Assembly: GCA_963664115.2 (NCBI GenBank) | Contig: CAXWPJ010000002.1 | Span: 736,001-800,000 of the forward strand | Direction of reading: 5' to 3' | Length of the DNA stretch: 64,000 nt | Source of the DNA: Terriglobia bacterium | GTDB taxonomy: Bacteria > Acidobacteriota > Terriglobia > 20CM-2-55-15 | Shown here: positions 19,589 through 30,399 of the stretch, one piece after another | How the letters are laid out: each line of letters starts with the position of its first letter | How positions within the stretch are numbered: position 1 is the stretch's first letter | Notes under the pieces: generated by a model | Told to the model about the DNA's origin: nothing | The model's database searches: none | The model's input: the letters and a program-made list of their open reading frames with translations, nothing else | Made by a program: the position numbers and the translations under genes

Positions 19589-21094
19589 ATGAATTCAAGT
19601 CGAATTCCGCGACGGGACTTTCTGAAAGCCTGGGGAGCAGGAACCATGGCTCTTGCTTCGCCTGCAATGGGGCATTCGCTTCTCGCGGCTCAGGCTGGGT
19701 CGCAGGAAACCTATTCGCGTCCCGTGGGGCAGCGAGAGACGACTGTGGCGGAAGACATGGGGACGTGGATTGCGGCGCTTCGGTATGAGGACCTGCCGCC
19801 GGCGGTCGTGGAAAAGGCCAAGCGTGTATTGCTCGATACGGTCGGGTGCGCGCTGGGAGCGGTGGGTGCCGAACCGGTCCGCTTCGCGCAGCAAGCAGTC
19901 TTTCAGCAAGGGGGTCATCCGAGGTCGACCTTGATCGGGCTGGGCCGCAAAGTTTCCTGCGATCAGGCCGCGTTCCTGAACGGAATGGCGATCCGGTATC
20001 TCGATTTCAACGACTATGCACCTCCTGGGGGTCATCCCAGCATCAACGTAGCGCCGGCGCTGGCGGTGGCGGAAATGCGCAACCTGACGGGCAAGGACCT
20101 GCTGCTCGGCGTCACGATCGGCCACGAAGTGCATACCCGGCTCCTGGACGCCACGGAAGGAGGTTCCCTAAGCCGCGGTTGGGACCTGGGGACCATTACG
20201 ACCAATTACGCGTCCGCGGCGGTGGCCGCCAAACTGCTGGACCTCGACGCGTCCAAGATCGCCCATGCCATGGCGATTGCCGGCGCACACGGAAACACGC
20301 TCCGGGAAGTTCGCCGGGGGGCGATGCTCAGCGGCGGCGGAATGACTCCCTCGAAAGGGACCGCCGACCCCATGTCGGCGCGCAATGGAACCTTCGCGGT
20401 GTTTCTGGCGCAGGAGGGTATGACTTACCCGCTGACGATTCTCGAAGGCGTGTATGGGTTCGGAAACAATGTAACCGGGGAACTGCGAGAAGATATCCTG
20501 CGGAAGCGCACGGGTGATTTCCAGATTCTGCAGAGTGGCACCAAGATGTGGCCCTGCTTCCTCCATGGGCAGGGGCCGATCGCGGCAGCGATCGAGGTGC
20601 ACGGCCAGGGAGTGAATCCGGAAGAGATCGAGAGCATCACGGTACTGCTCAACGGGTCTGCGTATGAGAACCAGCAGGCCTACAACAAGGGTGAAATCAC
20701 GACTCGGGAGCAGGCCGACCATAGCATTCCGTATGTGGTGGCTAGGTCGCTTTTGGACGGTAATGTGAGCGTTGAGGACTTCGAAGAGAGCCGCTTCCGA
20801 GACCCACGGGCGATAGCTCTGGTAAATAAGACCACGCTCCGGTTAGAGCCTGCGCTAACGGTAGGCGCGTACGTCGAGGTAAGGCTTCGGAGTGGGGCAG
20901 CACATCGCTCGGAAGTGCCGCATCCGCCGGGCAGTATCCAAAATCCTGCGAGCGACGCAATGCTGATCGAAAAGTTCATGTCCCTAGCGGAAAGGCCCTT
21001 GGGTAGGGGACGTGCCGAATCCGCCGCCGAGGCACTCCTCTTCGTTGACCAGCTCTCCGAGCTCGGTCCGCTGCTGCAAGTTCTTACATCCTAG
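19589..21094 (+). CDS. MmgE/PrpD family protein with Tat signal (cargo)
   Basis: RRDFLK Tat motif; LLDTVGCA, RYLDFND, GHPS, KMWPC. Confidence 0.85.
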   Translation: MNSSRIPRRDFLKAWGAGTMALASPAMGHSLLAAQAGSQETYSRPVGQRETTVAEDMGTWIAALRYEDLPPAVVEKAKRVLLDTVGCALGAVGAEPVRFAQQAVFQQGGHPRSTLIGLGRKVSCDQAAFLNGMAIRYLDFNDYAPPGGHPSINVAPALAVAEMRNLTGKDLLLGVTIGHEVHTRLLDATEGGSLSRGWDLGTITTNYASAAVAAKLLDLDASKIAHAMAIAGAHGNTLREVRRGAMLSGGGMTPSKGTADPMSARNGTFAVFLAQEGMTYPLTILEGVYGFGNNVTGELREDILRKRTGDFQILQSGTKMWPCFLHGQGPIAAAIEVHGQGVNPEEIESITVLLNGSAYENQQAYNKGEITTREQADHSIPYVVARSLLDGNVSVEDFEESRFRDPRAIALVNKTTLRLEPALTVGAYVEVRLRSGAAHRSEVPHPPGSIQNPASDAMLIEKFMSLAERPLGRGRAESAAEALLFVDQLSELGPLLQVLTS

Positions 21095-21313
21095 GGTATT
21101 GCTCGGCACGCCGTTCTGGAGCAGGATGAGATCGACCGCCGACCCGGGTTTCTTTGGGTTTCAACTTGGGCAAAACCTCCTGCGGACGGCGATTGCCCCT
21201 GGGTGACGCCGTTTCGTTTACCGATCCACATGCAACGCCCCAGAAGTCGGCTTCTGGCGAGCAGCCCTAGCTTTAGAACGAGCGGATTGGAAGCAATGAT
21301 TTCAGTCGGCAGG

Positions 21314-21398
21314 TTTCTCAAGGTCCGGGAAGATGATTTCTCAGGACTTGACCTCGAAAATTAAGGCACCGGCACCCGTTCCTTCAGGTCTTCAAACG
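21314..21398. repeat. Array junction copy 7
   Basis: tttctcaaggtccgggaagatgatttctcaggacttgacctcgaaaa plus reverse FEDLKERVPVP*. Confidence 0.9.
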
Positions 21399-21554
21399 AG
21401 ACGAGATCCACAGATCCTTTTACATCGTAAACAGATCAAACAGACAACGCTGGCTCGACGCAGGATCGAGAACCTTGTAACTGGATTGGTCTGACTTGAA
21501 AACCGTCTCTTAGCAAAACGGCCTTTTTGTCCGAATTATTCTGACGACGTACAC

Positions 21555-21789
21555 TCGAAACCATGGATTGCCGCTATGCTATGTTGGGATGATTTAAAGA
21601 AGCGAGTAATCTGGCTTCACGTTCAAATCGCGCTAAACGATCAGCGTCTCTCGCAAACTCTTCAGGGAGAGTCTTGATGGCAACTTCACGACCGAGCTTC
21701 GTATCCTTCGCACGCCACACTTCTCCCATTCCACCCTTGCCCAGGAGTGTGCTGATCTCGTAGTGACCGAGTTTGGTGCCGGGTTCCAT
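21555..21789 (-). pseudogene. Ser/Thr kinase N-terminal remnant (longest copy)
   Basis: [71 protein letters not shown], then frameshifted AIHGFE. Confidence 0.9.
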
Positions 21790-21861
21790 AATCGTGGTCT
21801 TCCAGAACAGTGTTAAGAAGGCTGGGGGCAGTCTATAGAAGGAGTGGGAGAGCAGGCAATG

Positions 21862-21965
21862 AATTCTCAACGTCCGACAAGATTTATCGGGACTTGACCT
21901 CGAAAATCAGGGAACCGGGACACGTTCCTTCAGTTCTTCAAACCAGTTTTGAACGATGTTGATCT
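21862..21965. repeat. Array junction copy 8
   Basis: aattctcaacgtccgacaagatttatcgggacttgacc plus reverse QINIVQNWFEELKERVPVP*. Confidence 0.9.
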
Positions 21966-22155
21966 GCCTCAATGGCTTGGCAGTGCCGTCCGGTGGCAAC
22001 GACGCGGGAAGTACAACCACCAGTTTTTGTCTCGCCCAACGTAACACTACATCGTATCCGCGACATTCCCGCCGTGCGTGTTGCCTCTCGGTATACCGCA
22101 AACCTCGCTTGTTTGACTTATCCGCCCGAGATGTCAAGTTATTCTTGAGCGGGCC

Positions 22156-23664
22156 CTAAAGGCTTCCATCCTTCACAATCGCCTTCGTCGGCGTCGGACT
22201 CCCACGATGAGGATGATACCCGCAACTCCGGCGACTAACCCGACCGGGCAACCAGAACCTTCGGTTCTCCACAAGCGGAGGCACTTCTCCGAAGTAAACG
22301 TAGGCCCGTCCGGTGTTGCCGGGTCCCTCCAGGGCATCGCCATCGCTTTCTCTTGCACCCACGACTACGTTGGCTCGGCCGTCCGCCGAAAAGTCTCCAG
22401 CCGAACCAACCGCGTACCCGAACGAGTCGCCTGGAGCTTCGCCGAAGAAGGTCTCGTCGGCGCGTGCTGCAGCAATGAAGCCTTCGGGGCGATTAACGCC
22501 GGCCCCGCCGTAGTAAATATAGGCAGCGCCACCCGGAGGCACACTTCGAGCCCCAATTATCAAGTCATCGATGCCGTCACTGTCGACGTCGCCAGCTCCG
22601 GCGACCGAGTTGCCGAAGGCATCGTTGTCGTCCGAACCGATAAAGATCGCATCAGCGTCGACGGCAGGGTTTTCCAGCTTGGGAGGGCCATAAAAAAGAT
22701 AGACGCGCCCGGAACGGTCGCCCGCATCGCGAAAGACTGCGGGGTTGTGGGCGGCGCCGACGAGAACGTCCGCAATGCCGTTGTTGTCGACGTCGCCGGG
22801 TGATGCCACCGCATGTCCGAACATGTCTATCGGCCCCTCGCCGGTGAACACGTAGTCTGCGGCCGCGGCGGCTATGTTACCGATAAACTGAGGGCCACCT
22901 CGAAAGATCAAAGCCTGTCCCTCGGCATTCGGTCCGGCTCCCGGGCTGCCCACGAGGACGTCGTCAGAACCGTCACCGTCGACATCACCCGCGGGTGCCA
23001 CCGTTGTACCGAACAACCCCGGCCCGACCAGTTTCACATCGGCGTCCCCGGATTCCAGGTTACCCCGGAGCAGATCGTCATCCTTTCCGCCGAAGAAGAC
23101 CAGCACGCCTTCGCCGTTCGATCCGATAATGATGTCTGCAAAGTCATCGCCGTTCACTGAGCCGGCAGAAGACACAGCTCGACCGAATCCAGCGAAGTCG
23201 TTTCCCGTCACAATTACGTCCGCCGCCCCAGCCTGGATCCGCCCGGCGAGTCGCTCATTCCCGACCCCACCATAGAACAAGTAAGCTCGGTACGGAGGTG
23301 CATTGGCAAAAGTACCGATCAGAACTTCGTCGAATCCGTCGCTGTTCATGTCGCCTGCGGATGCGACGGAAAATCCGAACGCCGTAGCCTCTGGTCCGAT
23401 GAAGACGGCGTCGGCATCAGCAGCCGACAGGTGCGGCGCGCCGGGAACGATGCGCCGACCGTAGAAGAGGTAGACGCGCCCTGAGTTCGGGGCGTCGTCG
23501 TCATTTCCGTAGGCACCGATCAGCAAGTCGTCGACCCCATCACCGTCGAAATCGGCGGCGGCGACAGCATGGCCGAACAGATCACGATCGTTCTCGCCGG
23601 TGATGATGAAGTTCTGGGCGAACGCCGAGCCGCCCACCAAAGCGGCCATAAACACGAGAAACAT
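22156..23664 (-). CDS. FG-GAP / integrin-alpha repeat beta-propeller protein (cargo)
   Basis: About seven FG..V..AGD.DGDG..D.L.GA repeats, signal peptide. Confidence 0.88.
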   Translation of the reverse strand: MFLVFMAALVGGSAFAQNFIITGENDRDLFGHAVAAADFDGDGVDDLLIGAYGNDDDAPNSGRVYLFYGRRIVPGAPHLSAADADAVFIGPEATAFGFSVASAGDMNSDGFDEVLIGTFANAPPYRAYLFYGGVGNERLAGRIQAGAADVIVTGNDFAGFGRAVSSAGSVNGDDFADIIIGSNGEGVLVFFGGKDDDLLRGNLESGDADVKLVGPGLFGTTVAPAGDVDGDGSDDVLVGSPGAGPNAEGQALIFRGGPQFIGNIAAAAADYVFTGEGPIDMFGHAVASPGDVDNNGIADVLVGAAHNPAVFRDAGDRSGRVYLFYGPPKLENPAVDADAIFIGSDDNDAFGNSVAGAGDVDSDGIDDLIIGARSVPPGGAAYIYYGGAGVNRPEGFIAAARADETFFGEAPGDSFGYAVGSAGDFSADGRANVVVGARESDGDALEGPGNTGRAYVYFGEVPPLVENRRFWLPGRVSRRSCGYHPHRGSPTPTKAIVKDGSL

Positions 23665-24229
23665 GGGGCCTCCTCTGAGTAAAGCTCCGGTAAACCGGAC
23701 CACTGTTATCCGTCCCGATTGCCAGGGCTCCAGACCATCCGTTCTGAACTTCTTTATTTGATTGGTGCCGTAACCAGCGGTGCGTGAAATTAAGCCAAAT
23801 CTCCAGGAAATGCAAGGATTGAACAGTACCCTGAAAACCTCTCTACTGTCTGAATCGCAGAGACACGGACAGGCGCAATTGACGCCACCCCTCCGTTACT
23901 TCTCCACCTACGTCTTCTCCGTAACCTCCCGAAAGCACTTCGGGCACTTCGTGGGTTCTGGACAGAACTTTACGGTTTCGACACTTTGTCAAGAAAGGCA
24001 TCGGGGGTGCTCCAATCACACAGTTGATTCCGTTAACTTTCTCTTTTGGCCGTGGATTTGCAACGAGCCTTTGTGGGTCTTCGAGCGCAGAGCGATCTGA
24101 GAAGCGCAACCCGAACCTATGACGGATACCGAGGGGTTGTCATGAGTCTTCTGCGAGTAGCAAAGGCGCCGGCCGGCACGACACACCGCCAAGGTAGGCT
24201 GCAAACATTTGTGCGCTTATCAAGAGAAC

Positions 24230-25654
24230 CTACGGTGGAGAACGGCGATGCTGGACGTCTCCTCCGTTCGCAAGTTTCGATTTGGCCAAAACGATCAACT
24301 CTTTGAGCCCTTTTCCAAAGATTTGCTTCGCGAACATTCGTAAGCGGAACCGCGTGGATTCTGAGAGAGCGGGAAGCAGGTCTGCGATCCGCACCTCAAA
24401 AACGTCACCCGTCTGGCAGCATCGAATGGCGGTTGCATCGTTCCCATCGCAATCTATCGGCAGCTCCAGTGCAAAGACTAGCTCCAGTTCGGCCTTGGCC
24501 GGTTCCGAGAACTGATATTTTACGCGGACGATGTGTGTTTCCTCTGGGCCGGTTGAGCGCATATTAGATTCTCCAGGCTCATAAGGCATGGAACCGGCGG
24601 AGGCGCGGACGCTGAATTGCGGCCCCTTCTTGTACTCCTGCACGAGCCTGTCCATTTCATGATGAAGTGCCATCAGCAGTCGAAGACCCGCTTCATTGAC
24701 CCGGTCAGGTGTGTGGCGGCCATGGCGCACATCGGTCAGGTAGAGACCCTTGAGATCGTTCAACAGATCCCCGACCTCGGGGGCCAAGGCTTCAGCGAAA
24801 CTGTCTCCAACCAGCTCGACAGCATCGATGGCCCGCTCAAAGACGAAATCGACGAAAGGCTGGTGCGGGCCGCTATTGGCGACGTGCAGACAGGCTAAAT
24901 ATTCCTTTCGCCTGTCCATCAGAATCATCAGGGGGATCAAGGCAGCTCGATAGGTGTAAAAAGATGCAAGAGCGCGGGCAACCCGGCCGTTGCCTCCTGC
25001 GAACGGATGAATCCACATCAGGCTGTGATGAGCATAGGCGGCCTGTAGAATCGGGTGTGCTGCGAGAAAACGCTTACTGTGGAGCTCGTCACAAAGCCTG
25101 TGCATTTCAGCGGACGCCTCATCAACCGGAACGTATACGCGGACACCGTTTGTTGTGACGTGATTCGGATGGTGCTTGTACTCACCTAAAGGAAATCGTT
25201 GATCCTGCCAGCCCAAATCTGTGAGTACCCGGCAAGTCTCCTGGCCGGCACAAAGCTCCTGGTGTAATTTGCGCACCAGGGTTTCTGCTAAAGGGACCGC
25301 TTCAGTCACCAGTTCGAGCAGGTAGTCGTAGCCTCGGAGCTGCGAGTCGATCAGGGCTCGCGTCTTCTCGGATTTCTCGTTCAATCTTGCTTCCCAACCG
25401 GCCGCATGCATGGCAACAGTAATGGTGAAGTCGCGATCAACCTCGTAGAGTCCCTCGACGGCTCCAGTATCAATAGCCGTTGCCCGTTTGACGATGTCCC
25501 GCGACCGCCCGAGCAGCTCCGGAGACTGGTTCTCCAATTCCCTCAGTTTCGCCGTATATCGATCCCAGCGGGTCAGATCAACGAAACACCCCACCCACTT
25601 GTCAAACGTGGATACCGGCTCGTACAAGGCGTCGAGTTTGTGAAGATCTTCCAT
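24230..25654 (-). CDS. Fic-domain protein (cargo)
   Basis: HPFAGGNGRVAR motif; N-terminal TGAVEG inhibitory-helix-like motif. Confidence 0.85.
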   Translation of the reverse strand: MEDLHKLDALYEPVSTFDKWVGCFVDLTRWDRYTAKLRELENQSPELLGRSRDIVKRATAIDTGAVEGLYEVDRDFTITVAMHAAGWEARLNEKSEKTRALIDSQLRGYDYLLELVTEAVPLAETLVRKLHQELCAGQETCRVLTDLGWQDQRFPLGEYKHHPNHVTTNGVRVYVPVDEASAEMHRLCDELHSKRFLAAHPILQAAYAHHSLMWIHPFAGGNGRVARALASFYTYRAALIPLMILMDRRKEYLACLHVANSGPHQPFVDFVFERAIDAVELVGDSFAEALAPEVGDLLNDLKGLYLTDVRHGRHTPDRVNEAGLRLLMALHHEMDRLVQEYKKGPQFSVRASAGSMPYEPGESNMRSTGPEETHIVRVKYQFSEPAKAELELVFALELPIDCDGNDATAIRCCQTGDVFEVRIADLLPALSESTRFRLRMFAKQIFGKGLKELIVLAKSKLANGGDVQHRRSPP

Positions 25655-25993
25655 CGTGCCCTTATCCCTTCCCAACTCTACGACAGGTATCCACCTCTAG
25701 AGAAGAAGCAAAGACTCGGCGCGTCGGCACAACACCTTGGGAGACCCGCATCGCTAATTCCGAGTATTCGACATATTACTGGGATTTTTCGCCGCGACCT
25801 GTAGAGACCTGCCATTCACAGCTTTCCACTTCTGGAAACGGGCGAACGAAGATCTCGTTCTGACCTGACTCATTCGACTGGTAAGCCGACCACGTGGAGG
25901 ATTTCATGGATGGACTCGTCTAGCGTAACTGCTTGGGTCTTTCGTTGGCGCGGTAGCCGGAGTAGGCATCGACGTAGATGGGGAGAGACATTG

Positions 25994-26790
25994 CTAGTAA
26001 TTAGCTGGCATGTCGCATTGCCCAAAGGCTGTCCAGAAAACCTGTGAATCCTCATCCCCTTCCTCAGGAAACTGCTCAACGAGAGTGCGCAAGTCGAGCA
26101 AGGTTTCAGGGGGTCTAGGTGTTAGCCACATCCCGAGTGTCTTATAGTTCCCGCTCGAAGCACGTGGAACATCTATAGCAGCCATGTTGATCTTCGTGTG
26201 ATGCTTCCGGTTGAAATACCCACAAATCTTGCCGTGTAATTGGACTGCGTAGTTGAAGTCACGGTGTTCTGAACTCGCAAGGTCCACCTTACTGCCGTGA
26301 AGCAACAGATTCCTAACACCCTCTCCGTATTTTAGAAGCCTGTCGAACAATTCGTCGTCTTGGACTATTTCCTGACGGATGTAATCCTTGTCCGTACTTC
26401 GCCCACGGCGAGTTGGTGATTGACCAGCTATGGCCTCCAGCGCGCTAATCAGCATCACCAACCGGGTATAGTACGTGGCTGCGTTGGTCTCTTCGCGCAG
26501 GTACCGAAACACATCCCCCTTCTCGTCATAAGTTTCCAAAGCCTCAAGCGATTCACGTTCTTCTTCACGGAAGCCCAAGGATACTGGCCTTCGCTCTGCA
26601 TAAAAGCGGAAGAAGAACGCACCTTCTGGATTCCCATTCTCTCTCTGAATGAACAAAGATTCGTAGTCAGCGCTCGTGTGACACTGCGAAACGAATGCGA
26701 TTTTGTCAACAATCGGGAGTAGTTCGGCACGAAACGCATTGATCGCTTCCTGCGCAGCTAAGGCTTGGACCGTCTTGCGGGCTATCCAAC
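25994..26790 (-). pseudogene. 5'-truncated HEPN/ApeA-like protein
   Basis: LISALEAIA helix and RNLLLHG (RxxxxH) motif; 5' end abuts an IS256 fragment. Confidence 0.5.
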
Positions 26791-27223
26791 TAGCAGCGGT
26801 GCCGTGGTTGTATTTGAAAGGCTCCCACCGGGCGGTCTCCTGGATTGATCTGCCATGGCCTGAACACAAAGCCGTGGAAGGTGAACTGTTCCCAAAGATT
26901 TGAGATTGTGCTGATTCGGTGTTCGATAACGTAATCGTTCATGTTTGGGATCCCCACGGAAAGTCATTGCTACTCTGGTTGGTGTGCCTACTGGCCTAAC
27001 CTGAACGTTTGCAATCGTGGGAAAGTCCGTCTCAAAGTTGCATGCCCCAACTGCCCCAGTTGCCCTAACAATCTCTATCCCGGTGAAGTTCTGTAAGCAA
27101 ATACGGAATGGAGTGGAAATGCTGGAACATCTAGGACACTTAGGGCACTCCGCTTGCGGTCCGTCATCGATGAGTCGTTTCGGTGCTAATTCGGGATCGA
27201 AATAGACCTTAGCGAAACGCCTT

Positions 27224-27449
27224 ACTGCAGACGGGATTGGGTCCGGTAACAGTCCAAATCCCGAAGGTCCGTGCCAAGACGGGCCTGTGACGTTCCGATC
27301 GGCCCTGGTACCACCGTACATTCGGAAGACGTCGCTGGAAGCAGCGGTGCCGTGGTTGTATTTGAAAGGCGTTTCCAGCGGCGAGATGGGTGAGGCCCTA
27401 AAAGTTCTTGTCGGTCCCCAGGCGCAGGGTCTGTCGGCGAGCCGGTATC
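27224..27449 (+). mobile_element. Internal IS256 transposase fragment
   Basis: Matches about 12157-12390 with small deletions; a further 31-bp shard at 26792-26822. Confidence 0.85.
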
Positions 27450-27935
27450 TCTGGATAAATATCAAAGAACGCTTCAATGCTCTGAGCGAGTTGCTTCTGG
27501 ATGCTGCTTTGGTCTCCGTGAAGCAAGTGCATGCTGACACGTGCCGTCTTCCCATCTTTCAATTTAACAATCGCATCCTCGACACCCTCCAGCTCTTCGG
27601 CTGGCAAAAGCCGCAACCCGTAAATCAACGCTAAATCGGCCATATCTTTTCCTCCATCTCTGCAACCGGTGCCGCGACGCAGCCTCCTCCAGTCTAATCG
27701 TGCTTGAACGTTTCAATGTATGTGATCGATGCGTTTTCGGAAATCACCGAGACAGGCGAGTTCGTAAATAGAATAAACGACTTACTACCGAGGCACCTCA
27801 CCGCGCCACACCCGAGACACCCGAACCAGTCATTTCGCCCGACTCGATAGCGACTCGCCCTACCGTCTCGGCTCGAAGTTGTTGGTTTTAGGGGATGACT
27901 CGACGGACTCGGTTGGTTCTGGCCCGGCGATGTGA

Positions 27936-27974
27936 AATCTCAATGTCCGAGAAGATGATTTCTCAGGACTTGAC
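27936..27974. repeat. Array junction palindrome copy 9 (no kinase remnants attached)
   Basis: aatctcaatgtccgagaagatgatttctcaggacttgac. Confidence 0.9.
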
Positions 27975-28031
27975 AGTCACTTTTCCCAGTAGCCGACTCG
28001 TTGGCGTCAGAACTAACGGCCTTCGAGCACC

Positions 28032-28373
28032 TCAGTTGGCGCTCGTGCGACTCAACCGAAGCTCTACCGGTAGACCGTCTCCCCATCCGTACTTTTCCCT
28101 GGCCAATTGGCGGACTTCCGCGCACAACTCGCCTTCCTGGTTGGGATCAAGCACACGGCCCGTTGCTTCCCTCCGTAGCGCACCCAGCCTGATCGTCACT
28201 GTGGAATTTTCCAGAATGTTCTTGACCCAGTTGGCCTTGTAACCATGTTCGGCCAGAACGTACAGTCGCCCGGCACGTTCGACAAACCAGATTTCGATTT
28301 CGCGTGCTTGTGCAGTTTTGCGACCAACGGTAGTCAGGTACAAAAACTCTTCGTTGAAAGAACCGCCAGGCAT
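28032..28373 (-). CDS. Nitroreductase-family deazaflavin-dependent oxidoreductase (Ddn-like)
   Basis: LYLTTVGRKT, IEIWF, NWVKNI motifs. Confidence 0.75.
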   Translation of the reverse strand: MPGGSFNEEFLYLTTVGRKTAQAREIEIWFVERAGRLYVLAEHGYKANWVKNILENSTVTIRLGALRREATGRVLDPNQEGELCAEVRQLAREKYGWGDGLPVELRLSRTSAN

Positions 28374-28510
28374 CCCGAACGCAATTGTACAAGGTCTTGA
28401 GGTCGCTCTGAATGGAACGAGCTGGGTCTTGCACCCGCTAGTGCGTCGGCACTTCAGATCAGTGCCGGCGACTTGTCGTTACTTCGAGATCGTGGCGGGG
28501 CAAATCGACC

Positions 28511-28690
28511 TCACCGCACCGGCATCTGTTCCTTCAGTTCTTCAAACCAGACTTCATGAGTGCGGCTCACCCCGAATGATGAAAATAAGCATTTTCGCGC
28601 TCTCGATACTGCGGAAGAGGGCCCGAAACGCCTGGACTGATCCTAAAGGACTTACGCCATATTTTCGTAACAGTTGAGGACGATGTTGAT
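28511..28690. repeat. Kinase C-terminal remnant with 123-bp insert (copy B)
   Basis: Insert 28551-28673 matches 8720-8842. Confidence 0.85.
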
Positions 28691-28775
28691 CCGGGACCGC
28701 CTCGCCCCACCGATGTCAGCTCTTTCAGCTGGAACAATCGTGATGAATTCTTCGCCGGCTGGGTGATGCCCACTT

Positions 28776-30338
28776 CTAACGAGCCGGATCACGGACTACG
28801 TTGCGCAGGTCCTCGTACGTTCCGACATCGCCATGAATGCCAACGATTGTTTGCACGTTCAAATTCAATGCCTCGATGCCTTCGAGGAGCTCGCGCGGCA
28901 ACTCGCCCGGCCGTATGCTCCCCCCCTCGCGAGGGCTGACATGGTCCGCCTCGATCAGAATGCGTTCTCCTGGAAGATAAATGATCTGGTAATCGTCCGC
29001 GTGCGATGTCGCATATGGGTAAATTTCAATTTGTCGGCTCCCGTCGGTCAGGATCTTCGGTTCCGTGATCCCTTCGACGACGGCTGCATCCCGGCTCTGT
29101 TCCAAACGCTCCGCCCGGATGGTGTGCGGTGCTCTGGCGATGCGCTCATAGTGTGCTGCACTGATCGCCGGCGCGACAATCGTTGCCCCCGCTTCCGTGT
29201 ATGTCCGTATGCCGCCTGAGTGATCGTTGTGGAAATGGGTTGGAATAACGTAGCGGATCGGCTTCGTTGGAAAGCGCTGTCTGATCGCCGCGAGAACGCT
29301 TTCTGAACGCTCTTCATAGAGCGGCGCCTCAACGACCACAAGATGGTCCTGAAACTCGATGAGCACGCTGTTGTGCGACGTTCCCCGGATATGAATGACG
29401 CCGTCGGCGAGCGGCACGAACTCCACCGGTATGTCCCTGCCAAAATCCAGGTAGCTGACATTCATCGCCAGACGGCGCAAGAGCCATTGCGAGGGGATCG
29501 GCTCTCCTTCGATGTCTTGACGCCGTAGGGCCTCAGGCACCAGGAACGTTTCGGGCGAGAGCTCAACATTGTGGCGCACGGACTGGAGGCGTTCGCTCTG
29601 CAGCAGTTGCCCGTTGATTTCATGTCGCAGGTCGAAAGGCACCATGATGCCATCCACAGACTGCCAGTCCGCGTAACGCAGGGTGTACCGGCTATCCCCG
29701 TAGATGGGGTCGTGTTCGAGGATGTCGACTTGTGTAAGGAGCTTAGTCCGGACATCCAGGTAGATTTGAAATTCCTCACCGTCGTTGTCAAAGCTCAGGA
29801 CGCGCTGTGGCAGCCCCTCCACTTCGGTATCGGGGAGCCGCGTCAGGCTCGCCCGTCCCAACGCCGTGAGCACGAGGGCATTGGCTGAACGCTGTTCTTC
29901 CCGTATGCGGCTCGCCAGTCGACCCGGATGTAAACGCGTCGTTTGAGAAGTTCCGCCTTCGATGCTTTCTTGCAGCAGCCCGTCGTCTCCATCAATAATT
30001 TCAATATAGCGAACAGGCACCTCCCTTGGATAAATCGTCCTGCCGTTCCACTCCAAGCGGAGTCGTGGGCTTGCAATCTCCCGAGTCAGCGTGTAGCGAA
30101 AATCTGCCACACGTCGAGCCTGGCCACCCGGACGCAATGCCTGCTCGGGCTCAAATTGCTGTCCCGAGCCTTCCAGCACTTGGTTTATCAGGGCGTGCAG
30201 TGCCTCTACTCCACCCATCGCATGTGCGGTCTCTTCCAATATCGCGGTGGCTTCCCCGTTTTGTGCCAGTGCCGGAATATTTGCTACTGAAAGAACCAAA
30301 AGTAGCAGGCTGAATCGAATCAATTTGCGCGTCCACAT
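28776..30338 (-). CDS. Secreted MBL-fold metallo-hydrolase (cargo); ORF open upstream into kinase start at 30452
   Basis: THFHNDHSGG, SHADD, GIHG; signal peptide from MWTRK. Confidence 0.85.
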   Translation of the reverse strand: MWTRKLIRFSLLLLVLSVANIPALAQNGEATAILEETAHAMGGVEALHALINQVLEGSGQQFEPEQALRPGGQARRVADFRYTLTREIASPRLRLEWNGRTIYPREVPVRYIEIIDGDDGLLQESIEGGTSQTTRLHPGRLASRIREEQRSANALVLTALGRASLTRLPDTEVEGLPQRVLSFDNDGEEFQIYLDVRTKLLTQVDILEHDPIYGDSRYTLRYADWQSVDGIMVPFDLRHEINGQLLQSERLQSVRHNVELSPETFLVPEALRRQDIEGEPIPSQWLLRRLAMNVSYLDFGRDIPVEFVPLADGVIHIRGTSHNSVLIEFQDHLVVVEAPLYEERSESVLAAIRQRFPTKPIRYVIPTHFHNDHSGGIRTYTEAGATIVAPAISAAHYERIARAPHTIRAERLEQSRDAAVVEGITEPKILTDGSRQIEIYPYATSHADDYQIIYLPGERILIEADHVSPREGGSIRPGELPRELLEGIEALNLNVQTIVGIHGDVGTYEDLRNVVRDPAR

Positions 30339-30399
30339 AGCGTGTGCTCCCGGCCGCTGTTCGACCTGTGGAAGGCCAAGGAGAAACCGACCTCCGCCT

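Noticed and set aside
21574-21870. Functional protein kinases
   Set aside because: All copies stop before the catalytic HRD/DFG region
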